A stretch of DNA of 64,000 nucleotides from an uncultured Bacilli bacterium (GCA_963766835.1 CAVYBX010000004.1:3633-67632), one strand, 5' to 3'. Shown: positions 33,241 through 47,811, numbered from the stretch's first letter. Numbers and translations are program-made. Notes: generated from the letters alone by a model not told the origin.

Positions 33241-34113
33241 TTATTTTTCATTTATTTTTGCAATAACGATTCGATCTTTTCGATTCATATCTTTCAAAAT
33301 ATCAACGGTACTGTTTGGAAACTTCATGTTAATTATTTCTGTGACAGCTTGCGCTTGATCAAAACCGATTTCAACACATAAAAAAGTTTCTCGTTCCATG
33401 AACATCGCAAGTTGACATATGATTTCTTTATAAGCTTTTAAACCATCATCTTCCGCAAATAACGCGATATGCGGATCAAAGTTTTTTACCGTATCAGATA
33501 ACATCTCTCGATCCGATTCTTTTATATAAGGTGGATTAGATACGATAATATTAGGATGTATATCGTTATCTATGAGCGGTTGTAAAAAATCACCTTGCAA
33601 AAAATGGACCGAAGCATGTAAATTTTCAGCATTTTTCCGCGCAACTTGTAGGGCATTACGAGAAATATCTGTCGCATAGACAACGACATTCGGTAATTCC
33701 AACGATAACGTAATCGCGATCACGCCACTACCAGTACCTACATCGACGACTGTGAGCGGCTTATTAGGAAAGTTCTTCTTTATTAGTTTGATGACATGTT
33801 CAACTAATTCTTCTGTTTCTACACGAGGAATTAATACATCATGATTGACGTAAAAGGATCGACCATAAAAATATGCCTCACCTGTTAAGTGTTGCACTGG
33901 AATGCCAGTTGTTGCATGAGCTACAATATCGTCTTTAAACTTTTCAACTATTTCATCAGGTAAATCGTCTTGCATCGAGGCGTACAATCGAGATCTTGGA
34001 ACATTTAAATGGTGTTCTAATAAAATTTCTGCCACTTTTTCTTCACGACGATGTTTTTTCAAAAAAGAAAAAGCCCAACGAAGGACTTCGTACTGTTTAC
34101 ATGTTCTAGCCAT
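33241..34113 (-). CDS. prmC: release factor glutamine methyltransferase
   Basis: VLIPRVETEEL, DVGTGSG, SNPPY; follows prfA. Confidence 0.95.
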   Translation of the reverse strand: MARTCKQYEVLRWAFSFLKKHRREEKVAEILLEHHLNVPRSRLYASMQDDLPDEIVEKFKDDIVAHATTGIPVQHLTGEAYFYGRSFYVNHDVLIPRVETEELVEHVIKLIKKNFPNKPLTVVDVGTGSGVIAITLSLELPNVVVYATDISRNALQVARKNAENLHASVHFLQGDFLQPLIDNDIHPNIIVSNPPYIKESDREMLSDTVKNFDPHIALFAEDDGLKAYKEIICQLAMFMERETFLCVEIGFDQAQAVTEIINMKFPNSTVDILKDMNRKDRIVIAKINEK

Positions 34114-34114
34114 T

Positions 34115-35188
34115 TTATTCACCTATTTGTTGGAGCTTTTTCGTTTGATCGTCTAATAATAATGCATCGATAATTTCATCTAATTCACCATCTAAAATTT
34201 GCTCTAATTTTTGTAATGTTAGAGAAATCCGGTGGTCTGTCACACGGCCTTGTGGGAAGTTATACGTTCGAATACGTTCAGAACGATCTCCTGTTCCAAC
34301 AGCCGACTTCCTCGTTTCATCATATTCTGCTTTCGCTTCTTGTTCATATTTATCATACAAGCGAGCACGTAAAACTTTTAACGCTTTTTCGCGGTTTTTA
34401 ATTTGTGATTTCTCGTCTTGACATGATACGACGATCCCAGTAGGTAAATGTGTAATCCGTACAGCTGAATCTGTCATGTTAACATGTTGACCTCCAGCTC
34501 CGCTTGCACGATACGTATCGATTTTAATATCTTCATTGCGAATTTCTACATCGACTTCTTCCGCTTCCGGTAATACAGCAACAGTAGCAGTAGAAGTATG
34601 CACACGTCCACTAGCTTCCGTTTCCGGGACTCTTTGTACACGATGAGCACCATTTTCAAATTTCAATTTTGAATATGCGCCATTTCCGTTGATCATAAAA
34701 ACGATTTCTTTATAGCCACCGATCTCGGACGCATGGGCTTCGATCACTTCCGTTTTCCAACCGTTCGCTTCTGCATAACGAGTATACATGCGATATAAAT
34801 CTCCGGCAAATAGAGCTGCTTCATCACCACCAGCAGCAGCACGAATTTCCATGACGACGTTTTTATCATCGTTCGGATCTTTCGGTAATAAAAGAACTTT
34901 TAATTTTTCTTCTAATTGATCACGCCGCTCTGTTAACTCTTCGATTTCAGCTTTAATCATTTCTACCATTTCATCGTCATCTGCATCTTCTTCAAGCATT
35001 TCTTTCGCATCGTTCAATTCTTCTATCGTCGATCTATATGAACGGTAAGTTGTCACTGTTTCTTCCAAGTCAGCTTGTTCTTTTGAATATTCACGTAATT
35101 TATTCGGATTACTAATGACTTCAGGGTCGCTTAGTAATTCGTTCAGTTGTTGATAACGGTCCTCTAAAGTCGCTAATCGTTCTAACAT
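34115..35188 (-). CDS. prfA: peptide chain release factor 1
   Basis: PET anticodon motif, [17 protein letters not shown]. Confidence 0.97.
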   Translation of the reverse strand: MLERLATLEDRYQQLNELLSDPEVISNPNKLREYSKEQADLEETVTTYRSYRSTIEELNDAKEMLEEDADDDEMVEMIKAEIEELTERRDQLEEKLKVLLLPKDPNDDKNVVMEIRAAAGGDEAALFAGDLYRMYTRYAEANGWKTEVIEAHASEIGGYKEIVFMINGNGAYSKLKFENGAHRVQRVPETEASGRVHTSTATVAVLPEAEEVDVEIRNEDIKIDTYRASGAGGQHVNMTDSAVRITHLPTGIVVSCQDEKSQIKNREKALKVLRARLYDKYEQEAKAEYDETRKSAVGTGDRSERIRTYNFPQGRVTDHRISLTLQKLEQILDGELDEIIDALLLDDQTKKLQQIGE

Positions 35189-35344
35189 GGAGATACACCT
35201 CTTTGTTCGGGTAACATTTATTATAGTATACACTATATATTTTTATGGAATCTATTTTAAAAATTAAAAACAAATAAAAAACAGGCATCATTTCAGCCTG
35301 ATTTTTACATCGTTATAATATCGTCCCTTTTTCAAAGTTGAAAA

Positions 35345-35590
35345 TTACTTCATATTGTACTTTTTCTTGAAGCGGTCGACTCTTCCACCTACTCTATCTG
35401 CTTTCTGCTTACCAGTATAGAAAGGGTGAGTGTCGGAACTGATTTCAACACGGATGACAGGATATTCTTTTCCATCTTCCCATTCCATCATTTCATCAGA
35501 AGTTCTTGTAGAACCACTTAAAAATTTATAATTTGATCCCGTATCAAGAAAAATGACTTTTCGATATTCAGGATGAATCCCTTTTTTCAT
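35345..35590 (-). CDS. rpmE2: 50S ribosomal protein L31 type B (no Zn-binding Cys)
   Basis: [30 protein letters not shown]; 81 aa with no cysteine. Confidence 0.93.
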   Translation of the reverse strand: MKKGIHPEYRKVIFLDTGSNYKFLSGSTRTSDEMMEWEDGKEYPVIRVEISSDTHPFYTGKQKADRVGGRVDRFKKKYNMK

Positions 35591-35715
35591 CTTTTCCACC
35601 TCTTTTATCCAGTAAATATACATGTTAAATTTGTCTAATCTTCACGTCTTGATATTATAACAATATTATCCGAGTAATGCAAGAAAAGAAAAGTTCACTC
35701 TCTTCCCTCTTTTCA

Positions 35716-36999
35716 TTACGATTTCAAAGTCCGCTTACCTTTCATTTCTTCGTCCATTAGTTGAAAAAACTCTTCGTTACTTTTCGTACTCTTTAATCTT
35801 CTTAAGAAACGTTCAATAAAATCGTGTGAATCTTGCATCGTTTTACGAATAATCCACATTTTTTCTAAATGATCTTTCGACACTAACAATTCTTCTTTTC
35901 GGGTGCCTGAACGTAAAATGTCGATCGATGGGAAAATTCTTCTTTCTGCTAAACTACGGTCTAGATGCAACTCCATATTACCGGTTCCTTTAAATTCCTC
36001 ATAGATCACATCGTCCATTCTTGAACCAGTATCGACAAGTGCTGTAGCTAAAATCGTCAAGCTACCACCTTCTTCAATATTACGAGCTGCACCGAAGAAA
36101 CGTTTCGGTCGGTGAAATGCTGCTGGGTCGATTCCGCCAGATAACGTTCTTCCACTCGGTGGGATGACGAGGTTATAAGCTCTTGCAAGTCGCGTAATAC
36201 TATCCATTAGAACGATGACATCACGTTTATGTTCGACTAAACGCATCGCTCTTTCTAACACTAGTTCCGAAACTCTAATATGACTTTCTGGCAATTCATC
36301 AAATGTCGAACTGACGACATCGACATCTGGATGCACTGAACGTTCAATGTCTGTTACTTCTTCTGGTCGTTCATCGACGAGCAAGATAATTAATTTAGCT
36401 TCCGGATGGTTTGTCGAAATACTGTTAGCGATTTCTTTTAACAACATCGTTTTTCCTGCTTTTGGTGGTGCGACGATTAACCCACGTTGGCCAAAACCAA
36501 CTGGTGTCATCAAATCGATAATTCGCGTCGATAAATTTTCCGGGTCAGTTTCTAATTTCATACACCGATCTGGATATAACGCTGTTAAAGCTGGAAAGTG
36601 AACACGTTCTTTCGCAGTTTCAGGATTTTCTCCATTTACTGCATCGACATGAAGTAAGCCGTAGTAACGTTCATTCTCTTTAGGAGGGCGAACTTTTCCT
36701 GACACTTTATCGCCGTTACGTAAATCAAACTTGCGAATTTGGGAAGCAGAGATGTAGATGTCTTCTGCACTAGGGGAGTAATTGATCGGACGTAAAAATC
36801 CAAAGCCTTCAGAAGGTATTACTTCCAAAATTCCATCCATAAACAAATAGCCATCTTTTTCAGCTTGTGCTTTTAAAATCGCAAATATTAGTTCTTTTTT
36901 CGTTAACTTCGCATAATACGATATTTTATATTCACGAGCTAAAGCATATATTTCTTTTAACGTTAATTGTTCTAATTCAGAAATCGTAAGTTGGGACAC
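35716..36999 (-). CDS. rho: transcription termination factor Rho
   Basis: [34 protein letters not shown]. Confidence 0.97.
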   Translation of the reverse strand: MSQLTISELEQLTLKEIYALAREYKISYYAKLTKKELIFAILKAQAEKDGYLFMDGILEVIPSEGFGFLRPINYSPSAEDIYISASQIRKFDLRNGDKVSGKVRPPKENERYYGLLHVDAVNGENPETAKERVHFPALTALYPDRCMKLETDPENLSTRIIDLMTPVGFGQRGLIVAPPKAGKTMLLKEIANSISTNHPEAKLIILLVDERPEEVTDIERSVHPDVDVVSSTFDELPESHIRVSELVLERAMRLVEHKRDVIVLMDSITRLARAYNLVIPPSGRTLSGGIDPAAFHRPKRFFGAARNIEEGGSLTILATALVDTGSRMDDVIYEEFKGTGNMELHLDRSLAERRIFPSIDILRSGTRKEELLVSKDHLEKMWIIRKTMQDSHDFIERFLRRLKSTKSNEEFFQLMDEEMKGKRTLKS

Positions 37000-37249
37000 T
37001 TCATCACCACACCTATTCATTATAGTTTGTTCTCAAATCATACGACATGAATAATTTCATCTTAAGTTGTTCGTCACTTTTTCGAATATAGAACGAGATA
37101 GGTACATTTGAAAGATATTAATCTATTTCTTGTTTGCGTCTTCATATAAGAAAGAGGAGCCGAACGGGAGATTTTTGTGAAAATGTCAACTAATTTTGAT
37201 AGTTATTATCATACATCTTTATTAAATAATATTCAACTCTACTTTTCAA

Positions 37250-38221
37250 TTACGATTCTTCTAATACGAGGTTCGGCTTTTTCTTTAAACTGTGTGAACC
37301 GTCAATGAAACGAATCGTTCCACTTTTTGCTCTCAAAACGACAGATTGCGTCGTCGCACGATGTCCTTTGAATTGTACTCCTTTTAGCAATTCACCGTCT
37401 GTAATTCCTGTCGCAGCAAATATTGCATCATCACCAGCACAAAAGTCATCCATGTAAAATACACGATCCATATCTTCGATGCCCATCTTTTTACATCTTT
37501 CGATTTCTGCATCATTTGTCGGATGTAACTTACCTTGAATTTCTCCACCTAAACATTTTAATGCGCAAGCTGCAAGCACCGCTTCAGGAGCGCCACCGAT
37601 TCCTAATAAAATATCGACACCGGTCTCGTCAAAAGCTGTATTGACTGCTCCGGCGACGTCACCGTCTTGAATTAGTTTAATTCTCGCACCAGCTTCACGA
37701 ATTTCTTGAATCAGTTTCTCATGACGTGGACGATTTAAAACGACGGCTACGACATCCTCTAAATCTTTATTTTTCGCTTTAGCTACTGCTTTTAAATTAT
37801 CGACTGTCGGTGCATTAATATCAACTTTGCCAACTGCTTCAGGACCTACAGCAATTTTTTGCATATACATATCAGGAGCATGCAATAAATTTCCACCATC
37901 CGCAATGGCAATGACAGACAGTGCGTTCCATAATCCTTGGGCAACAATGTTCGTTCCTTCTACTGGATCGACAGCGACGTCGACTAATGGTCCTTTGCCT
38001 GTCCCTAATTTCTCGCCTATATAGAGCATTGGGGCTTCGTCCATTTCACCTTCACCGATGACGACCGTACCACGCATCGGCACTGTATCAAATACTTTTC
38101 GCATCGCTTCCGTCGCGGCATCATCTGCTTCGTTTTTTAACCCTTTTCCCATCCACCGTGCTGAAGCAAGTGCGGCTGCTTCTGTTACACGAACTAATTC
38201 CATCGTTAAACTTCTTTCCAT
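37250..38221 (-). CDS. glpX: class II fructose-1,6-bisphosphatase
   Basis: [29 protein letters not shown]. Confidence 0.95.
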   Translation of the reverse strand: MERSLTMELVRVTEAAALASARWMGKGLKNEADDAATEAMRKVFDTVPMRGTVVIGEGEMDEAPMLYIGEKLGTGKGPLVDVAVDPVEGTNIVAQGLWNALSVIAIADGGNLLHAPDMYMQKIAVGPEAVGKVDINAPTVDNLKAVAKAKNKDLEDVVAVVLNRPRHEKLIQEIREAGARIKLIQDGDVAGAVNTAFDETGVDILLGIGGAPEAVLAACALKCLGGEIQGKLHPTNDAEIERCKKMGIEDMDRVFYMDDFCAGDDAIFAATGITDGELLKGVQFKGHRATTQSVVLRAKSGTIRFIDGSHSLKKKPNLVLEES

Positions 38222-38250
38222 TGATGACAACTCCCTAATCATTAATAAAT

Positions 38251-39540
38251 TTATTCTAGTTTGTACTGCTCTAATTCTTGACTAGACATTTTCACTTTAC
38301 GTATGTTAGCACCTAAATTGGCCAATTTTTCTGGCATATTTTCATAACCACGTTCAATATGCTCAATCCCAGTTATTTCAGTAATACCGTTTGCCATCAG
38401 CCCAGCGATGACTAAACAAGCTCCAGCTCTTAAATCAGTCGCTTTTACCCGTGCACCTTCTAGCTGTGTCGGACCTGTAATAATCGCAGAACCACCTTCA
38501 ACTTTGATATTAGCATTCATTCTTCTAAGTTCATCTATATGTTTTAACCGTGCAGAATATATCGTATCGGTGACGACACTCGTTCCTTCTGCCTTCGTAA
38601 GTAAAGCAGTAATCGGTTGTTGTAAATCAGTCGGAAAACCTGGATACACTAACGTTTTTATATCGACACTTTTTAATCGTTTATTGGAGATGACATATAT
38701 TTGTTCATCGCTTTTATCGATCGTCACACCCATCTCTCGTAATTTCGCCAACAACGATTCTAAATGTTCTGGGATGACGTTGTCAATAATCATTTCTTTT
38801 CCTTGAGCTGCAGCTAAAATGACATACGTTCCTGCCTCAATCCGATCAGGGATAATCGTATGTTTACATCCTGTTAACGATTCGACTCCTTCAATACGAA
38901 TGATATCGGTTCCTGCACCTTTAATTTTTGCTCCCATATTGTTCAACAATGTCGCAACATCGATAATTTCCGGTTCTTTCGCCGCATTTTCAATCGTCGT
39001 TTTACCATTAGCAAGTACGGCTGCTAACATAATATTAATTGTTGCGCCCACACTTACGACATCTAAATAAATTCTTGCACCTGTTAACTCTTCAGCTTGT
39101 AAATATATTGCTCCCTTTTCGTTCGTAACTTTTGCACCTAACGCTTCAAATCCTTTAATATGTTGATCTATCGGTCGTGGACCTAAGTAACAACCACCAG
39201 GTAAACCGATAGCAGCTCGTTTAAACTTTCCGAGCATCGCTCCCATGAAATAGTAAGAAGCACGTAATTTCTTCACTTTACCGTTAGGGATCGGAAGCGA
39301 GACGATATTCGACGGATCGATATGTACCGTCTGATTGGAATCACTTACAATTTTCGCTCCGACGTCTGTTAAAATTGATTTTAACGTATCTACATCAGAA
39401 ATGTTAGGAAGCCCATCGATCGTTACAGTAGAATCGGCTAAAATCGCCGCTGGAAGTAATGCGACTGCACTATTTTTCGCTCCATTCACTTTTACTGTAC
39501 CTTCTAATAGACGTCCGCCTTCTACGACTAATTTTTCCAT
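38251..39540 (-). CDS. murAB: UDP-N-acetylglucosamine 1-carboxyvinyltransferase 2
   Basis: [29 protein letters not shown]; position between fsa and glpX. Confidence 0.93.
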   Translation of the reverse strand: MEKLVVEGGRLLEGTVKVNGAKNSAVALLPAAILADSTVTIDGLPNISDVDTLKSILTDVGAKIVSDSNQTVHIDPSNIVSLPIPNGKVKKLRASYYFMGAMLGKFKRAAIGLPGGCYLGPRPIDQHIKGFEALGAKVTNEKGAIYLQAEELTGARIYLDVVSVGATINIMLAAVLANGKTTIENAAKEPEIIDVATLLNNMGAKIKGAGTDIIRIEGVESLTGCKHTIIPDRIEAGTYVILAAAQGKEMIIDNVIPEHLESLLAKLREMGVTIDKSDEQIYVISNKRLKSVDIKTLVYPGFPTDLQQPITALLTKAEGTSVVTDTIYSARLKHIDELRRMNANIKVEGGSAIITGPTQLEGARVKATDLRAGACLVIAGLMANGITEITGIEHIERGYENMPEKLANLGANIRKVKMSSQELEQYKLE

Positions 39541-39591
39541 TTTCAACCCTCGCTTTAAGGAATCCGCTAAACCTTATGTCCGGCTTTCATT

Positions 39592-40243
39592 TTACATATC
39601 CTTTTGTGCCTTATCCCAATCTGCTAAAAACTGTTCGATTCCCCGATCTGTTAAAGGATGCTTCACTAATTGCTCTAGTACTTTATATGGAACTGTTGCG
39701 ATATGAGCACCATGTAATGCAGCTTTCACAACGTGTTGTGGATGTCTGATCGAAGCAGCGATGATTTTCGTTGAAATATTGAAGTTTTCAAATATTTTGG
39801 AAATAGTTGCGATTAACTCCATGCCATCATGTCCGATATCATCTAATCGACCTAAAAATGGCGAGACGTAAGTTGCTCCTGCTCGCGCTGCAAAGCAATG
39901 CTTGATTCGCATTGAAAACGAGTGTCACATTCGTCTTAATATGTAAATCACTCAACGCTTTCACTGCTTTAAGGCCTTCTAAAGTCATCGGAATTTTAAC
40001 CGTAATATTCGGTGCAATTGCCGCTAGTTCCTTGCCTTCCTTGATCATCCCTTCCGCATCTTCAGCAATAACTTCCGCGCTGACGGAACTAGAAACGATG
40101 TTCGTAATTTCTCTTAACCGTTCATGAAAATCTACACCCTCTTTCGCAACGAGGGTTGGATTCGTCGTCACACCTGCTAAAACACCTAATTCATTCGCTT
40201 TTTTAATTTCGTCAATATTCGCCGTATCGATAAAAAACTCCAT
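39592..40243 (-). CDS. tal: transaldolase / fructose-6-phosphate aldolase, frameshifted near 39895
   Basis: [29 protein letters not shown]. Confidence 0.92.
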
Positions 40244-40307
40244 TGATATTTCCCTCCTTTTATAAATCACAATCAATTTAGGAAAAGGCGTGTGGTGAAA
40301 GAAAACC

Positions 40308-41172
40308 TTACGCCTTTTGGGATGAACCGAACTCACGCATTTTTCCAATGACAGTTTCTTTAATCGCATCACGACCAGGACCCATATATTTTCTCGGGTC
40401 ATACATTTCTGGATTATCTTTTAACACTTCACGAATTTTCTTCGTTTGCATGATTTGGTTCTCAGTATTTACGTTAATTTTAGCTGTTCCGAGAGAGATC
40501 GCACGTTGTATATCTTTTAACGGGATGCCAGTTCCGCCGTGTAAAACGAGTGGAACTCCTGTTAAATTCATAATTTCTTCCATTCGATCAAAACCTAATT
40601 TTGGCTCACCTTTGTATGGTCCATGAACAGACCCTAGTGCAGGTGCAAAACAATCGACATTCGTTTCTCTTACAAGTTGTTCACATTCTGAAGGGATTGC
40701 ATACATCGCTTCCGCATCTTCTACATTTAAATCATCTTCTTGACCGCCGATACGTCCTAATTCCGCTTCCACAGAAACTCCATGAATATGTGCCAGCTCC
40801 ACAACTTTTTTCGTAAGCGCGATATTTTCTTCGAGCGACAAGTGGGATCCGTCGATCATGACGCTTGTGAACCCTGCATGGATCGCTTGCGCACATTTTT
40901 CAAAACTCGAACCGTGGTCTAAATGAATTGCAACCGGCACAGTCGTTCCGTACTCTTCCATCAATGCTTTTACCATCGCAACGACAACTTTGAAATCCGC
41001 CCATGTATCTCCCTGCACCTTCAGATACACCGAGAATGACAGGTGATTTTTCTTCTTCAGCTGCTTGTAAAATTGCTTGCGCGTATTCCAAGTTATTTAC
41101 GTTAAACTGTCCGACAGCATATTTTTCGTCTTTTGCTACGTTCAACATTTCTTTCATGGAAACTAACGGCAT
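40308..41172 (-). CDS. fbaA: class II fructose-bisphosphate aldolase, frameshifted near 41000
   Basis: [33 protein letters not shown]. Confidence 0.95.
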
Positions 41173-41288
41173 GTAAAACAACTCCTTCTTCATATTAAAT
41201 GTATTTTAAAGCATACACCTTTAGAATACCAACTACATTTTTATGGCGCAACTCGTCAAAGTTAATTGAATTGATATTTTGACATTTT

Positions 41289-42903
<1,615 letters not shown>

Positions 42904-42987
42904 TTTTGTACCCTCTTTCTTCTAGTCATTCATTGTTAGTGACAAATATGTATAGTAATGTTAGTTGTTAAACCTTTTAAAATAATA

Positions 42988-43080
42988 AATGCGTTTCCCG
43001 AATTGAGGGGAAACGCATTATCATTAGTTTCTTTCGTAAAGCCCAATTAAAATTTTACTCATTAACTCCATAAAAGTCAA
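42988..43080 (-). promoter_or_regulatory. pyrG promoter and reiterative-transcription attenuator
   Basis: TTGACT-17-TAAAAT, then GGGC start (43044-43041) and a terminator with a TTTCCCC tract in the 5' arm (42988-43019), as in B. subtilis pyrG. Confidence 0.8.
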
Positions 43081-43129
43081 GTTAACTCATTCAGTATACG
43101 GGGGCGTGAACATGACATTTGTATAAAAT

Positions 43130-43556
43130 CTTTTTTATTTACTGTCAGATATCCGCGTAGTCTAATCATCAAATCATCGAATAGATCGATATCTTCTTCT
43201 ACTTCTAATTCTTCCTCTTCTAAAAATTCGTCTTCTTCTAATAAGTCTTCATCTTCTAGATCGCGTTTTCTGATTCTGCTAACGCTTTTTCGCTCGTTTG
43301 GTCGACAGGATACCATCTTTTTAGTCCCCAAAAATTTGATCCTAACGTCGTGAACCGGCCATCGACATTCAAATCAGTATAAAACCGTGCTAATAGATCT
43401 TCTTTTTCTGCTTCAGAGAATTTTTTATTCTGCTACTTTTTCGAATAGTCAAAGAAATTTAATTCTTTCTTTTCATCAGCTAAAATTTTGTTCGCTAAAT
43501 CGATCATCGACATTTTCGCGATTTCCTCTTCACTATATTACTTTCCCCAAACCCAT
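43130..43556 (-). CDS. rpoE: RNA polymerase delta subunit, multiple indels (ends approximate)
   Basis: YSEEEIAKMSMIDLA, FYTDLNVDGRFTTLGSNFWG, acidic tail DLEDEDLLEEDEFLEEEE; position upstream of pyrG. Confidence 0.85.
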
Positions 43557-43780
43557 CCTCCACTTCCTTTACAATATAAATAATAATAAATAAAGACAAT
43601 GATTTCACCTAATAATTTTGTAGTATAAACTATCTTTTGGAATATAATCAAGCATCTTGAAATTTCGTCATACTAAAGTCTTTTTTATCATTATTTTGTT
43701 ATATTTTCTATTATATTTATATAATATATAAATGTTTTTTTGTAAAATATACATACATTGAACTGTTTTTGCAACTTAAA

Positions 43781-43823
43781 AACGTTGAAGCAACTCCAAA
43801 TTTTTATTTGGCGCTTCAACGTT
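43781..43823 (-). terminator. terminator after icmF
   Basis: AACGTTGAAGC...GCTTCAACGTT inverted repeat with U tract on the minus strand. Confidence 0.65.
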
Positions 43824-43839
43824 CGATATACAAACAATG

Positions 43840-46800
43840 TTACATGTTGCGTCTATACTGTCCGCCTACTTACATTCTTTATAATGCTTCTGTAATTTGA
43901 CCTAAACTAGCAACTTTGACCGTTTCCATCAGTTCTCTAAAAATATTGCCATTTTCTCTAGCGACCGTCTTTAAACGTTCTAATGCAGCGTCAGCTTCGT
44001 CTTTATGTTTCTCTTGAAATTTTCGTAAATTAGCAATTTGCAGTTCTTTTTCTTCTTTCGTCGCTCTCGCTAGTTCCATTGAATCGATTTCTTCTTCAGA
44101 GGTGGATTTGTATTTAAATACGTATTTACTCCTATAATCGTTAATTCTCCCGAATGCTTTTGGTTTCATATATAAGTGATTCATCTTGGATTTTACCGCG
44201 TTGATATCCGTCTCCATAGAACCTAAGAACTCCCCCACGATCATTAATATTTTCGAATTCATTAAGCACGGCCTCTTCTACTAAATCTGTTAATTCTTCA
44301 ATGATGAAAGATCCTTGAAAGGATTTTCATTTTTCGGCAAACCTAGTTCTTGGTAATAATGAACTGAATCGCCATGCCCTTCTTACCGATTCTTCTGTAG
44401 GTGTCGTGATAGCTTCATCGTATGCATTAGTGTGCAATGAATTGCATTGGTCATAAATCGCCATCAAAGCCTGAAGTGTCGTCCGGATATCATTAAAATC
44501 GATTTCTTGAGCATGAAGTGACCTTCCTGAAGTTTGAATATGATACTTTAATTTTTGACTCCGTTCATTGGCGCGTATAATTCCCTCATCGCGATCGCCC
44601 AAATTCTTCTCGCGACCCGGCCAATCACGGAATATTCTGCATCGAATCCGTTACTGAAAAAGAATGATAAATTAGGTGCAAAATCATCGATATCCATCCC
44701 GCTACTAAATAATACTCTACATAAGTAAATGCATTCGCCAAAGTAAACGCAAGCTGAGGTAATCGGATTTGCTCCTGCTTCAGCAATATGATAACCACTA
44801 ATGGTAACTGAATAATAATTGCGAACATCTTGTTATCAACAAAATATTGCTGGATATCCCCCATCATCTTAAGGCAAATTCTGTAGAAAAAATACACGTA
44901 TTTTGCCCTTGGTCTTCTTTCAAAATATCTGCTTGAACTGTTCCGCGCACAGTTTGAGCGTATTTGTCTAATTGTATCTACTTCGTCTTCGTTTGGAGTC
45001 GGCGCCCGTTATTCTTTTCCTAAAAATATCTAATTGTTGAATTATCGCTGTATTGAAAAACATAGCTAAAATTATTGGAGCCGGACCGTTAATCGTCATG
45101 GAAACGGAAGTCTTGCGGCGGCACTAAATATTAAATCCTTTATACAGTCTTTTCATATCGTCCTAGCGTACAAACGTTTACACCGCTTTCGCCGACTTTC
45201 CCGTAGACGTCCGGTTCATAAGTGGGGGGCTTCACTGTATAAGAGTGACCCTGAATCGAAAGCTGTTGATAATCGTTTCGCTTGTTCGACCCTTCTGAAA
45301 GCAATTAAACCTGCCGATTTGTCCGCTCTGGTGTACCCTCACCAGCAAACTGACGCATCGGTTCTTCATCCTTTCCCGTTTAAAAGGGAATACACCGGCT
45401 GTATATGGAAATTTGCCAGGTACATTTTACTTTCATCAACCATCTTAACCGGTCGCCCCAGTCTATGAAACTTGGAAACTTTACTTTCGGAATTTTCAAT
45501 CCTGATAACGTAGTCGTCTTGATATTTACACTTATTTCGCGTTCACGCACTTGAAAGTTCATCGATTCCTGTTCATACTTTTCTTTCTCTTCATCCCAAC
45601 TTGTTAGCAGGCGCTTTTCTTCTTCATTCAGTTGTTCCATCTGTTGATCAAACGTTTGATTAATTTGTTCAGTGATCGCTTCGTCATCTGCTATAAGTGT
45701 TTTCGTCCGTTCTAACGCATATAAGTTACTCGCAATTTCGCTCTGCTTTCTCACTCTCTCATGATAGTTGCGGACCGTTTCTGCTATTTTTCTTAAATAA
45801 TGACTTCTATCATTCGGAATAATCGTATTTCGTTCTAGAGATACCTTATCCTTTTTATAAGGGACTCGTTCATTCCATCCGAACTTTTCGTTTAACACTT
45901 CAATGAGCGCTGCAAATAGAGCGTTCGTTCCAACGTCATTAAACTGACTAGCAATCGTCCCGAAAACTGGAAATGTGCGTTTATCTTCGTCAAACAGCAT
46001 TCTGCTTCGTTCGTATTGTTTCCGCACTTGATTGAACGCATCGAGAGAACCTTTTTGTTCAAACTTATTGATAACGATAAAATCTGCATAGTCGATCATA
46101 TCAATTTTTTCGAGTTGTGTCGGCGCACCGAATTCCGCTGTCATCACGTACATAGATAGGTCGGAAATTTCAGTAATCGCTGCATCGCCTTGCCCGATTC
46201 CACTCGTCTCCACGATGATGAGGTCGTAAGTTGCTGCTTTTAAGACGTCGATTACATCTTTCGTCGCTTCGGAAATTTCAGTATGAGAATCGCGCGTTGC
46301 TAATGATCGCATATAGACTCGGTCGGAAAAAATTGCGTTCATCCGAATTCGGTCTCCAAGTAGTGCACCACCCGTTTTTCTTTTTGTCGGATCGATCGAA
46401 ATAACGGCAATTTTTTTAAATTTCGTTTCTTGGAGAAATCGACGAATTAATTCATCTGTTAAAGAGCTTTTCCCAGCACCGCCTGTTCCTGTAATACCTA
46501 ATACAGGGATTTGTTTTTTCTGTTTCGTACGGAATGTTTCTAACAATCTTCGTTTCAATTGATGATCAGCATCAGTTCGTTCCATAAACGAAATCATTCT
46601 AGCAATCGCTTGTTTATTTCCTTCGTACAATCTCTGTTCATTCTTTTCCACATCGATAACCGCTTGAAAATCACTTAATTGAAGCATATGATTGATCATC
46701 CCTTGTAAACCCATCGTCCGGCCATCTTCTGGTGTAAAGATTTTGGCAACACCGTATTCATGCAACTGTTTTACTTCACGAGGGATGATCGTCCCGCCGC

Positions 46801-47104
46801 CACCGCCGAAGACTTTGATATAGCTTGCATCAAGTTCGTTTAATAAATCGATCATATATTTAAAATACTCGAGATGTCCTCCTTGATAAGAGGAGACAGC
46901 GATCGCTTGTACATCTTCTTCAATGGCGGTATACACTAACTCTTTGGCGCTTCGATTATGACCTAAGTGGATTACTTCTGCTCCACTAGTTTGTAAGATT
47001 CGACGCATAATATTGATCGAAGCGTCATGGCCGTCAAATAAGCTAGATGCTGTCACAAACCGAATGTAATGTTTCGGTCGATACATTTCCGTTCGGCTCA
47101 TCAT
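43840..47104 (-). CDS. icmF: fused isobutyryl-CoA mutase / MeaB-type GTPase (IcmF); many indels in 43.9-45.4 kb
   Basis: B12-binding [53 protein letters not shown]-terminus GQYRRNM*. Confidence 0.92.
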
Positions 47105-47165
47105 GAAACCCTCCTCAACATGGTAAACTCGTTCACAACCTCGGGTTCATCTTCATTCACGAACT

Positions 47166-47795
47166 TTAACGATGATGTTCAGCATCTTCAATGTTTAACG
47201 TTTTTAAAATGAAAGACATTTGCAAGTCGATATATTGGTCAATGCTGAATTGTTTTTGCAACATCCAACGTCTAAACCCCCACATATGACCTTGAACGAA
47301 AATATTATTCGCAATTAACCCTGCTTCGTCATCGGTCATCGTTTTTGCACCACTTAATTTAATTGCACGCTTCAACATAAGGACCATATCTTTTTCTTTC
47401 TGTAATACAATTTCTCTTACATCAATCGGTAAAGATTTCACTTCTTGATATAAAATAATGACTTCTTCTTGCATTTCATCCATTAAACGATAGTATGATT
47501 CGATCGCTGTCATTAAGTTACGAACGGAAGGCCGCTCTAAATCGAGGACTGATTCTAAATGTTTATATACGTGGTCATTGATCGCTTCATACACTAAAAA
47601 CAATACATCTTCTTTCGTCCGAATATATTCATATAATGTACCGATACTAAAGCCACACTCTTGCGCGATCTCCCTCGTCGTCGTACGATGGAAACCTTTT
47701 TGTTTAAAAAGTTTCAAAGCTCCTTTCACAATTTGGTGACGACGCTTGACAACTAAGTTTGTATCTTTAATGGAAGATGTAATCGTATTTGACAT
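47166..47795 (-). CDS. TetR/AcrR family regulator
   Basis: GFHRTTTREIAQECGFSIGTLYEYIRTKEDVL HTH. Confidence 0.9.
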   Translation of the reverse strand: MSNTITSSIKDTNLVVKRRHQIVKGALKLFKQKGFHRTTTREIAQECGFSIGTLYEYIRTKEDVLFLVYEAINDHVYKHLESVLDLERPSVRNLMTAIESYYRLMDEMQEEVIILYQEVKSLPIDVREIVLQKEKDMVLMLKRAIKLSGAKTMTDDEAGLIANNIFVQGHMWGFRRWMLQKQFSIDQYIDLQMSFILKTLNIEDAEHHR

Positions 47796-47811
47796 CGTCG
47801 ATCCTCCTTCA

